Source: Candidatus Eiseniibacteriota bacterium (lineage in GTDB: Bacteria; ARS69). Taken from it: a DNA stretch of 18,713 nt. Location: the NCBI GenBank assembly GCA_052390515.1, contig JBQTGV010000028.1, positions 1 to 18,713 on the forward strand, in the 5' to 3' direction. Below, piece after piece: positions 8,792-16,798 of this stretch. Within the stretch, counting starts at the first letter, position 1. Each line of letters opens with the position of its first letter. A model generated the notes under the pieces. That model saw only the letters and a list, made by a program, of their open reading frames with translations. It ran no database searches and was not told the DNA's origin. Made by a program: the position numbers and the translations under genes.

Positions 8792-11059
8792 ATGTCCCCT
8801 GCGCGACTCGGCGCCCTCATCCTCGCCGTCGGCTGCGTGCCGCTCGCGCGCGCGGAGACCCCGTATCACCTGCTCCACCCCGAACCCGAGGTCGTGGCGC
8901 TCGCTCTGGGCCTCGAGGGCGAAGCCCTGGCGGCGGCGCTCGATCGGCTGGAGGCGGAGGGCGTGCGCGTTCCGGTCGCCGTGGCGGGCGTCGGGTTCGT
9001 GCTCGTCGATGAGCCGGGCCTCGACGCGAAGCTCGCGCGCGCGGGCATCGGGGCGCCGCTTCGCAGCGCGCTTTCCGAGGCGGACGCGGCGGCGGCACTC
9101 CGCGAGGCGCCCTCCGCCGGCGGGCTGCTGCGCTGGTGGGCCGACGGATTCAGCGTGCCGGAGTATTCGCCCGAGGAACGCGCCGTGCTCGACGAGGCGG
9201 CCCGGCAGGCCGAGATCTGCGCCGGCGCGAAGCGGCTGGAGGACGTCGTTTCGCTTCGCTGCGGCCCGAGCGCATGGGGCACCGTGCACTTCGCCGCCGG
9301 GCGATGCGTGGTGAGCCTCATCCTGCCGGAGAGCGTGGGTCCGTCGAACGTGTTCGATTGGAACAGCGCCGACGTCAGCAAGGTGCGGTCCGAGGTGATT
9401 CGTTCCCTGGACTGGTGGTCGCTCAAATCGGGGCACCGCCTGTCATTCGTGCTGGTGGATCACGGGACGGTGGCCACCGACGAGGAACCCGCACTGCTCT
9501 CCATGGCCGACGAGGACCTGTACATCGAGGACTGCCTCACGAACCTCGGTTACACGACGACGAACTGCCCGTACCAGCAGCTCGGCGAGATGAACGAGGC
9601 ACTGAAGCAGCGGCACGGCGGGCACTGGGCCTACACTCAGTTCGTGCTCAACGCGGAGTCGTTCCCGGGCAGCGCGGCGCTCGCGTACGCGTACCTCGGG
9701 GGGCCTCACACCGTCGCCCTGCTCGGCAACGGCGTGCTCACGCTCGAGGAGCTGGATCACGTCGTCTGCCACGAGATGGGTCACATCTTCCAGGCGGCGG
9801 ACGAGTATTCGGGAGCTTGCTCGGGATGCAACGGGGGACCTTACGGCTACCTCGACGCGCGCAACGGGAACTGCATCAGCTGCCCGACCCAGACCGGCGC
9901 CTGCGTCATGCGCGGCTCCTCGCAGTACACCACGTCGCAGATGCACGATCTGGAGAACCAGGTCCACCCCTGCGCGTTCACGAAGCAGATGGCAGGCATC
10001 TGGGACTCGGATCTCGACGGGGTCTGGGATGTGCTGGAGACCTACCCCGAGACCGTCATGCTGAGCGCCGTCCCCGATACGATCGACGCCCCGGAGTCGC
10101 TCCGGCTGCAGGGCCGCACCTGGGACACGCCCTACCCCGCGCCGGCGCGATACACGACGCCGGTCACGGTGAACCGCATCAACCGCGTGGAGTATCGCGT
10201 CGACGGCAGCGCGACGAGACAGGCGCAGGCGCTGGACGGCCTGTATACGGCCGTGTCCGAGGACTTCGAGTTCTCGCTGCCGCCGCTCGGCGGAGGAACC
10301 CACTTCGCCCTGATCCAGGGCGTGAATTCCATGGGCATCCCGGACCCGACCCCGGCGCGGATCGACTTCTTCATCTACGACGTGAAGCTGGTCCGCGACG
10401 AGATCGAGGTGCTTCAGGAGGGCCCGGATATCGTGGTCGTCTGGAAGGTCGACGGCGAGGACTTCGGCAGCACCTACGAGCTGTACCGACGGCTCGGCAT
10501 CGACGCGCCGGAGGAGCTGCTGGCCACGCTCACTTCCAGCGGCGTCCGCAACGAGCGCTTCGCGCACTGGGACCGGCAGGCGCGCGCCGGCACCGAGTAC
10601 GTGTACCGCCTGGTGGTCGACATCCCCGACAAGGGGCGGAAGGAGCTGGGGCTGGGGCGTCTCGAGGCCACCATCGCGCCGCCGGTGGGCAAGATCGCCG
10701 CGGTCGCGCCGAATCCCTCGCGCGGGAACGTGCTGGTCTCCGTCACCGTCCCGGTGGGGCCGCAGCCGGACGCGCCGGACATCCTCATCCCGCAGGCGGG
10801 CGGTCTTCGGGGCGAGGAAGACGATGACGGCGGAAGCGGATCCTCGCTCCTGTGGCGGGACGTGCGCATCCGCGTGCATGACGTGCGCGGTCGGCTCGTG
10901 CGGGACCTCGGCCGGTTCCGCGAGCAGGAGACGCGCACGTTCAACGTCGGGTGGGACGGGCGGTACCGGGACGGAACCTCCGCTCCCCCCGGCGTCTACT
11001 TCGTGCGGATCACGCTCGAGTACGACGAGGCGTTCGAGAGGATCGTGCTGATCCGCTAG
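8792..11059 (+). CDS. Secreted zinc metalloprotease (HExxH) with Ig-like domains and FlgD-Ig/T9SS-like C-terminal domain
   Basis: GGAGGAG RBS and signal peptide MSPARLGALILAVGCVPLARA. Zinc motif HEMGHIFQAADEY with a downstream CVM candidate Met-turn. C-terminus PNPSRG...IRVHDVRGRLVR...WDGR...PPGVYFVRI...RIVLIR. Confidence 0.85.
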   Translation: MSPARLGALILAVGCVPLARAETPYHLLHPEPEVVALALGLEGEALAAALDRLEAEGVRVPVAVAGVGFVLVDEPGLDAKLARAGIGAPLRSALSEADAAAALREAPSAGGLLRWWADGFSVPEYSPEERAVLDEAARQAEICAGAKRLEDVVSLRCGPSAWGTVHFAAGRCVVSLILPESVGPSNVFDWNSADVSKVRSEVIRSLDWWSLKSGHRLSFVLVDHGTVATDEEPALLSMADEDLYIEDCLTNLGYTTTNCPYQQLGEMNEALKQRHGGHWAYTQFVLNAESFPGSAALAYAYLGGPHTVALLGNGVLTLEELDHVVCHEMGHIFQAADEYSGACSGCNGGPYGYLDARNGNCISCPTQTGACVMRGSSQYTTSQMHDLENQVHPCAFTKQMAGIWDSDLDGVWDVLETYPETVMLSAVPDTIDAPESLRLQGRTWDTPYPAPARYTTPVTVNRINRVEYRVDGSATRQAQALDGLYTAVSEDFEFSLPPLGGGTHFALIQGVNSMGIPDPTPARIDFFIYDVKLVRDEIEVLQEGPDIVVVWKVDGEDFGSTYELYRRLGIDAPEELLATLTSSGVRNERFAHWDRQARAGTEYVYRLVVDIPDKGRKELGLGRLEATIAPPVGKIAAVAPNPSRGNVLVSVTVPVGPQPDAPDILIPQAGGLRGEEDDDGGSGSSLLWRDVRIRVHDVRGRLVRDLGRFREQETRTFNVGWDGRYRDGTSAPPGVYFVRITLEYDEAFERIVLIR

Positions 11060-12000
11060 GCTCTTGCCGCGCGCCGCCGGAGCGAGACACCCAGGAACAC
11101 GGCGACGAGCAGCGCCGCGACGAGGATCGGGACGAGCAGCGGGGGCCCGCCGGCGTCTCCCGCGGGCGCCGCTCCCTGGGGTCGGACCCAGTGGCGGTAG
11201 TCCACCTTCCCCTTGTCCCGGCCCGACTTGGCGCGGTCGTTACCGTCCTGCAGAGCGATGATGTCGGCGGGCCAGCCCTTGCGATCCATCTCCAGCGTCG
11301 TCTCCCAGCCCCAGTCGTTGTGCGTCGCGACGATGTCGCTCCGGCTCGTGTTCACGATGGAGGCCTGGTTGTCGTAGATCTTGTTGCCGTTCTCCGGGCT
11401 CCCACCGATCAGAGGGCGAGCCGACTTGCCGCTGATGCTGATGGCCTGCGAGCCGGATCCGCGGACGGTGTTGCGGAAGATCTCCGGCGAAGAGGCGCGA
11501 ATGAGCAGGCCGAACGCGTTGCAGTCGTCGATGACGTTTTCCTCGATCCTCGCGTCCGAGAAGTGCAGGTGGATACCCCACCCGAAACCGACGATGCGAT
11601 TCCCGCGGATCGTCGGCTGCGCGTGGTCGACGTAGATGGCGCATCCGGCGAGGCCGCCGGCATCGAACGTGAACCCCTCGATGAGCGTCGAGCGGTCGCA
11701 GCCCTCCGGCACCTCCATCAGGCGTTCCTCGGTGGGCTTCTTGCCGAGCCCGGGGCTCACCAGGATCGTCGAGTCGGGTCCCTGCGCCGCGCGGAGGGTG
11801 ACTCCCGGGCGAAGCTGGATCATCTCGAGGTAGCGTCCCGGCGCGACCAGCACCGTGTCGCCGGGGGCGGCGGCCATGACCCCGGCCTGGATGGTGGGCT
11901 GCTCCGCGGGTACGTGCACCGTCGCGGCGCGCGTTCCCGGGGCGAACACCGAGACCGCCATCAGCGCGGCACAGGAGCCGGAAAGAGCGGACGCTCTCAC
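11056..12000 (-). CDS. Right-handed parallel beta-helix (pectin-lyase-like/NosD-like) protein with C-terminal membrane anchor
   Basis: Signal peptide, then ATVHVPAEQPTIQAGVMAAAPGDTVLVAPGRY and repeated IxxNxI rungs. It ends in a hydrophobic helix plus RRR. The GTG start overlaps the upstream TGA (GTGA). Confidence 0.85.
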   Translation of the reverse strand: MRASALSGSCAALMAVSVFAPGTRAATVHVPAEQPTIQAGVMAAAPGDTVLVAPGRYLEMIQLRPGVTLRAAQGPDSTILVSPGLGKKPTEERLMEVPEGCDRSTLIEGFTFDAGGLAGCAIYVDHAQPTIRGNRIVGFGWGIHLHFSDARIEENVIDDCNAFGLLIRASSPEIFRNTVRGSGSQAISISGKSARPLIGGSPENGNKIYDNQASIVNTSRSDIVATHNDWGWETTLEMDRKGWPADIIALQDGNDRAKSGRDKGKVDYRHWVRPQGAAPAGDAGGPPLLVPILVAALLVAVFLGVSLRRRAARA

Positions 12001-13922
12001 GAATCATTCCCTCCCTCTGCGAGGCGCTGCCGCGCCCGCTGCAAGTTCTCGAAGGCCCGCGGGTGATCCGGTCGGACGGCCACGGCGCGCTCCCACAACG
12101 GAACCGCCTCTGGCAGCCGACCCGCCCGCGCCAGCAGGACCCCCCAGTTGTTCCATGCATCGGCGAAGGTCGAGTCCTGCGCGACCGCTCGGCGATACAG
12201 GGCTTCCACCTCTTCGCCGCCCCGGCCGAGCCGCTCGAGGCACAGGGCGTGATTGTACAGCGCGGGGGCGTCTTCCAAGCCGGCCGCCTCCGCCGCAGCG
12301 TACGCCTTCTCGGCATCCTCCGTCCTTCCGAGCTTCTCCAGGGCCTGGGCCATCGAAGCGAGGTTCTTCCCGTCCCCGGGGTCCAGGATCTGCTCGCGGC
12401 GGAAGGCCTCCACCGCGGCCTCGGCGTTTCCCAGATCCAGATACATCGTTCCGAGGTTGAGGTTCCCTTCGGGATAGGCGGGATCCGACTCGAGCGTGCG
12501 GAGCTGCCATTCCAGCGCTTGGCGGAGGTCGCCGTTCGTCCGGTGGACGTTGGCCACCGACTGGTAGAACTGCGCCGGGGGCGGCGCATACTCCCGCGTC
12601 CACGGATTCACGTCGACCAGAAAGGCCGCCGCCGCGGTCGCCACGGTGGGCAGGGCCCCGCGCAAGCCCCCGCGACGCATCCGCTCCCACAGCCAGCGGC
12701 CTCCTTCGACGGCGAAGATCGCGAGTAGCGGCCGTAGCGGCACCCGGTACCGTCCGGTCACGAAGAACAGGATCACGGTGACCGAGTACACCGCGGCGAA
12801 CAGGATGACGATGCGCACAGGCCCGTCGCCGCGCCTCCACAGCGCGATCGCGCCGACCACGGCCAGCGGCATCATGACGGTGAGCACGTGCAGGAACGGA
12901 AGCCACGCGGGCACGAACTCGCGGAAGAACAGCGCGTCGTCCCGGTTGTTGCCGAACTCGACTCCGGAGAGGAGGTAGACGACCTTGCGCGCGGTGAGCA
13001 CGATCCCGTCGAGCGGGTTCTCCCGCCACCACTCCCGCGCCCGCGCGTACCAGTGATCGGACACCTCGGAGGGCAGCAGCTTTCGCCCCTCGGCCTCCTC
13101 GGCCAAGGCGATCGCGTCCTCGTAGCCGCCCCACCAGTCGACGCGGAAGATCGAGGGCGCGGTCGCCGACCAGCCGTTGGCCTCCGCATTGTTGCCCAGG
13201 AAGAAGTTCAGTCCGCCCTGCCATGCAACCAGGACGAGATCCCCTCCGGCGCGCCAGTTGACCAGCGTGACCGGCAGTACGAGGAGGCACGTGCCGGCGG
13301 TGAGCGCGAGCGCACGACGCCACCGCGGCGGCTTCCAGCCGAGCGCCACGACGGCAAGCACCGGGGCGAAGAGCAGCACGTTCGGCCGCGTCACGGCGAA
13401 GGCGCCCAGGCCGAGACCTGCGGCGAGCCAGCGCGTCGGGGCGCCCGTCTCCATTGCACGGAGGATCAACAGGACGAGCAGCGCGGAGAGCGGCGCGAGG
13501 AGAGCCTCGAGCAGGAGCTCAGCTTCGAAGTAGATCAGCATCCCGTCGAGCGCGGTCACGACCGCGGCGAGACCGGCCAAGCCCGGCCGCCCGGGAAGGA
13601 GCCGCCGCGCGATGGCCCACACCAGCAGCGGGGTCGCCGCGCCGAGCAGGAGCTGGGCCCCGCGGACAGCCGTAAAATCGGGCCCGCCGGCCAGCCGGTA
13701 GGCCCCACCCAGCAGGAACGGGTAGAGCGGCGCCCGGAAGAACGGGATCCGGGACGTCAGATCCCCGCCGGCGATCTCCCGGGCCCACAGATCGTGGTAT
13801 CCCTCGTCCATCACGGGCGCGGCAAAGTACGGGTTTTCACGGACTTGCACGAAGTAAACCGCGCGGAGCAGGAGCGAGAGGCCGACGGCCACCCAGGGAA
13901 CTTTCCGCGCGTCGAACCGCAC
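11997..13922 (-). CDS. GT-C superfamily (GT39/PMT-like) membrane glycosyltransferase with C-terminal TPRs
   Basis: First-loop MDEGYH...FFRAPLYP, many TM segments, TRPN, GGLNFFLGNN and RYRVP motifs, then TPR repeats (YNHALCLERLGR, WNNWGVLLARAGR). AAAGGA RBS before the GTG. Confidence 0.85.
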   Translation of the reverse strand: MRFDARKVPWVAVGLSLLLRAVYFVQVRENPYFAAPVMDEGYHDLWAREIAGGDLTSRIPFFRAPLYPFLLGGAYRLAGGPDFTAVRGAQLLLGAATPLLVWAIARRLLPGRPGLAGLAAVVTALDGMLIYFEAELLLEALLAPLSALLVLLILRAMETGAPTRWLAAGLGLGAFAVTRPNVLLFAPVLAVVALGWKPPRWRRALALTAGTCLLVLPVTLVNWRAGGDLVLVAWQGGLNFFLGNNAEANGWSATAPSIFRVDWWGGYEDAIALAEEAEGRKLLPSEVSDHWYARAREWWRENPLDGIVLTARKVVYLLSGVEFGNNRDDALFFREFVPAWLPFLHVLTVMMPLAVVGAIALWRRGDGPVRIVILFAAVYSVTVILFFVTGRYRVPLRPLLAIFAVEGGRWLWERMRRGGLRGALPTVATAAAAFLVDVNPWTREYAPPPAQFYQSVANVHRTNGDLRQALEWQLRTLESDPAYPEGNLNLGTMYLDLGNAEAAVEAFRREQILDPGDGKNLASMAQALEKLGRTEDAEKAYAAAEAAGLEDAPALYNHALCLERLGRGGEEVEALYRRAVAQDSTFADAWNNWGVLLARAGRLPEAVPLWERAVAVRPDHPRAFENLQRARQRLAEGGNDS

Positions 13923-13968
13923 GTCCGTCCTTTCGGCAAGTTTGGGGTTGCTTGGGCTTCGCCCGCGG

Positions 13969-13977
13969 ATCTTAGCA
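13969..13977 (-). promoter_or_regulatory. Candidate extended -10 (TGcTAAGAT) for the GT-C/beta-helix operon
   Basis: ATCTTAGCA on + reads TGCTAAGAT on -, about 47 bp upstream of GTG 13922. Confidence 0.45.
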
Positions 13978-14033
13978 GGCGACGGAAGTGCGGGCCAGGA
14001 GCCCGGATCTGCGTGGGTCCGCGCAGGTCGGAC

Positions 14034-14066
14034 CGGTTGACACGCCGTCGCGCACTGTGAGAGTAT
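14034..14066 (+). promoter_or_regulatory. Candidate promoter of cassette 1 (CGGTTGACACG-N12-GTGAGAG)
   Basis: Perfect TTGACA at 14037-14042. The same bipartite motif with the same spacing recurs at 15870-15899. Confidence 0.6.
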
Positions 14067-14262
14067 TTCTTCGCATCTTTGAAGAAGGTAACTCCGCCCG
14101 ACCAGGTTGAGGACCCGTCTTCAAGAGGTGAATCGGGCCTTTCGCCGAAGCGTCTTCCGCGTCTGGCCGCTCCGTCGGGAGTACAGCCACCCGTGAGAGT
14201 CGACGGAGCCGGGGTGGCGATAACTAGCTAGTTCCTCTTCCTTGCTTAGGGGGTCTAAGCAC

Positions 14263-14973
14263 ATGCGCAAGTTCTTCCTGACTGCCTTCACTCTCGTTGC
14301 GGTGATGGCGCTTGCGACGTCCGCTCTCGCGCTCGAGAAGGCGTCCAGGTCCATGATCGACGACGGTCGCGGTGATGACTGGGGCGCCACCAACTCGTTC
14401 ACGCTCCGGTACTACAACACCTGCACCGGCTGGCTCTGGGTTTGGAGTGGCTGGGCTCACGGCGAAGCGCTCGGAGTGTGCGTCGATGCGTGTACTCCCG
14501 GCTCCACGAACCTCGCCGCGACCTGGACCCTGACCTTCACCCCGCAGCCCTCGGGCTACGGATTCACCGGCACGATCTCGGTCCAGGACCGTTGCGACTG
14601 CACGGGTAACGTGCTGGCCTCGCAGCCCTGGCTCCCGATCTCCGGCTTCACCCCGCACGTCTGGAACCTCGCCGTGCCGGGGAGCTTCCTCGTCAACATC
14701 AGCTGGGCGGCTCCGGCGGGATTCACGAACGGTTCCTCGATCGCCTCGGACCACCCGGCGGTCGGCCCGACGGGTCCGCAGTCCTGCGGAACCTGCTTCC
14801 CGCTGAACCGCGCCGTGCATAGCAGGTACTTCGGCGTCGGTGGCGCGTACTGCCCCGGCACCACCCTCAGCGACGGCATCTGCGCGATCGAGTGGGCCAT
14901 GGACATCGGCCTGAAGTGCGTCGTGTCCGTCGAAGAAGCCAGCTGGGGTCAGATCAAGAACCTGTACCAGTAA
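14263..14973 (+). CDS. Secreted Cys-rich hypothetical protein, paralog A1 (236 aa), C-terminal SWGQIKNLYQ
   Basis: Sec signal MRKFFLTAFTLVAVMALATSALA and 10 Cys in the mature part. Clear homology to three downstream ORFs. Confidence 0.92.
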   Translation: MRKFFLTAFTLVAVMALATSALALEKASRSMIDDGRGDDWGATNSFTLRYYNTCTGWLWVWSGWAHGEALGVCVDACTPGSTNLAATWTLTFTPQPSGYGFTGTISVQDRCDCTGNVLASQPWLPISGFTPHVWNLAVPGSFLVNISWAAPAGFTNGSSIASDHPAVGPTGPQSCGTCFPLNRAVHSRYFGVGGAYCPGTTLSDGICAIEWAMDIGLKCVVSVEEASWGQIKNLYQ

Positions 14974-14997
14974 CAGGTTCGCACCTCTGTTGACTGG

Positions 14998-15032
14998 AGA
15001 GGGCGCCGGGCGACCGGCGCCCTCTTGCTTTT
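14998..15032 (+). terminator. Intrinsic terminator-like / stabilising hairpin between A1 and B1
   Basis: 12-bp perfect stem AGAGGGCGCCGG, GCGA tetraloop, CCGGCGCCCTCT, then TGCTTTT. Confidence 0.7.
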
Positions 15033-15046
15033 CGAGGAGGACTCCA

Positions 15047-15748
15047 ATGCGAAACGGACTCCTGAAGGCGACTGCGTGCGCCGCGCTCCTCGGTGTCTCT
15101 TCCCCCGCGCTGGCGCTCGAGAAACACTCCCGAGCGATGGATGACCGCGACCCGGAGTGGGGCGCGACGACCACCGTGACGATCCGGTACTACAACACCT
15201 GTACCGGCTGGCTCTGGGTCTGGAACGGCTGGGCCAACGGCGAAGCGCTCGGCGTGTGTGTGGACAAGCCGGTATTCCTCTGTTTGCTCGGTGCGACCTG
15301 GACGCTGACGTTCACTCCGCAGCCTTCGGGCTACGGCTTCACCGGCACGATCTCGGTCCAGGATCGTTGCGACTGCACGGGTAACGTGCTGGCCTCGCAG
15401 CCCTGGCTCCCGGGCTCCGGGTTCACCCCGCACGTGTGGGGCATCAACGTGCCGTCGACGTTCCTCATCAACATCACCTGGGCGGCTCCGGCAGGATTCA
15501 CGAACGGTTCCGCGATCGCCTCGGACCACCCCGCTGTCGGCCCGACGGGTCCGCAGTCTTGCGGAACCTGCTTCCCGAGCAATCGCAGCATTCACTCCAA
15601 GTACTTCGGCGTGGGAGGCGCGTACTGCCCGGGTACGGCGCTCAACGACGGCATCTGCGACGTCGAGTTCGCGATGGACATCGGCGCGAAGTGCACTGAC
15701 TGGGCCGACGAGATCAGCTGGGGGCAGGTCAAGAACCTGTACCGCTGA
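15047..15748 (+). CDS. Secreted Cys-rich hypothetical protein, paralog B1 (233 aa), C-terminal SWGQVKNLYR
   Basis: GAGGAGG RBS before ATG 15047, signal peptide ending SPALA, 10 mature Cys, homologous to A1/A2/B2. Confidence 0.92.
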   Translation: MRNGLLKATACAALLGVSSPALALEKHSRAMDDRDPEWGATTTVTIRYYNTCTGWLWVWNGWANGEALGVCVDKPVFLCLLGATWTLTFTPQPSGYGFTGTISVQDRCDCTGNVLASQPWLPGSGFTPHVWGINVPSTFLINITWAAPAGFTNGSAIASDHPAVGPTGPQSCGTCFPSNRSIHSKYFGVGGAYCPGTALNDGICDVEFAMDIGAKCTDWADEISWGQVKNLYR

Positions 15749-15869
15749 AGGGTCGAGCCACTCGCGGAGCACGTCCGTCGTCTGCCGTCCGGCCAGCGCC
15801 GCCTCTGCCGGGCGCTTCCCCCGCCGCTCCACGAGCGCGGATCGATGTCTCACTGCCCTCCAGCCACGA

Positions 15870-15899
15870 CGGTTGACACGAGGCCGTTCGAAGTGAGAG
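15870..15899 (+). promoter_or_regulatory. Candidate promoter of cassette 2 (CGGTTGACACG-N12-GTGAGAG)
   Basis: TTGACA at 15873-15878 and GTGAGAG at 15893-15899. Copy of the motif at 14034-14063. Confidence 0.55.
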
Positions 15900-16016
15900 C
15901 GTCGTTCTTGCCCCTGAAAGGGGGCCACTCTCCCCTCCGGCTCGGGTCGGTGAACCATCCTCCGACAGGATGGCGATGACTCGCCGACCCTCCTCCTTCC
16001 TCGGGAGGTCCGGGTC

Positions 16017-16736
16017 ATGAGCAAACGGTTCCTGACAGCTCTCGCGGTCGTCGGCGGAGTCATGCTGACGACGCCCGCCTCAGCGCTGGAGAAGGCGTCC
16101 AGGTCCTTGATCGACGACGGGCGCGGTGACGACTGGGGCGCCTGGGCCTCCGTGACCCTCCGGTACTTCAACACCTGCACCGGCTGGCTCTGGGTCTGGA
16201 GCGGCTGGGCCAACGGCGAAGCGCTCGGCGTGTGCGTCGATGGGTGCGGTCCGGCTCCCGGCCCCACGAACCTCGCCGCGACCTGGGCCCTGACCTTCAC
16301 CCCGCAGCCCTCTGGCTACGGATTCACCGGCACGATCTCGGTCCAGGACCGTTGCGACTGCACGGGTAACGTGCTGGCCTCGCAGCCCTGGCTCCCGATC
16401 TTCGGGTTCACCCCGCATGTCTGGAACATCTACGTGCCGGCGGCCTTCCTCATCCACATCAACTGGGCGGCTCCGGCGGGATTCACCAACGGTTCCGCGA
16501 TCGCCTCGGACCACCCGGCGGTCGGCCCGACGGGTCCGCAGTCCTGCGGAATCTGCTTCCCGCTGAACCGCGCCGTGCATAGCAAGTACTTCGGCGTCGG
16601 TGGCGCGTACTGCCCCGGCACCGTCCTCAGCGACGGCATCTGCGCAGTCGAGTTCGCGATCGACATCGGCCTGAAGTTTTGCAGGATATCCGTCGAGGAA
16701 GCGAGCTGGGGTCAGATCAAGAGCCTGTATCAGTGA
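16017..16736 (+). CDS. Secreted Cys-rich hypothetical protein, paralog A2 (239 aa), C-terminal SWGQIKSLYQ
   Basis: GGAGG RBS, signal peptide ending PASA, 10 mature Cys, long DNA tracts identical to A1. Confidence 0.92.
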   Translation: MSKRFLTALAVVGGVMLTTPASALEKASRSLIDDGRGDDWGAWASVTLRYFNTCTGWLWVWSGWANGEALGVCVDGCGPAPGPTNLAATWALTFTPQPSGYGFTGTISVQDRCDCTGNVLASQPWLPIFGFTPHVWNIYVPAAFLIHINWAAPAGFTNGSAIASDHPAVGPTGPQSCGICFPLNRAVHSKYFGVGGAYCPGTVLSDGICAVEFAIDIGLKFCRISVEEASWGQIKSLYQ

Positions 16737-16798
16737 CGCAGGCCCGCTGACTGCGCGGGGAGCCGGGTGACCGTCGCCCTATCTTCAAGGAGGATCCG

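Noticed and set aside
14240-14262. c-di-GMP-I riboswitch suggested by GGGTCTAAG and the nearby GGDEF gene
   Set aside because: The upstream GGCAAA...GAAA...GCAAA core is not present. The segment is better explained as an RBS hairpin.
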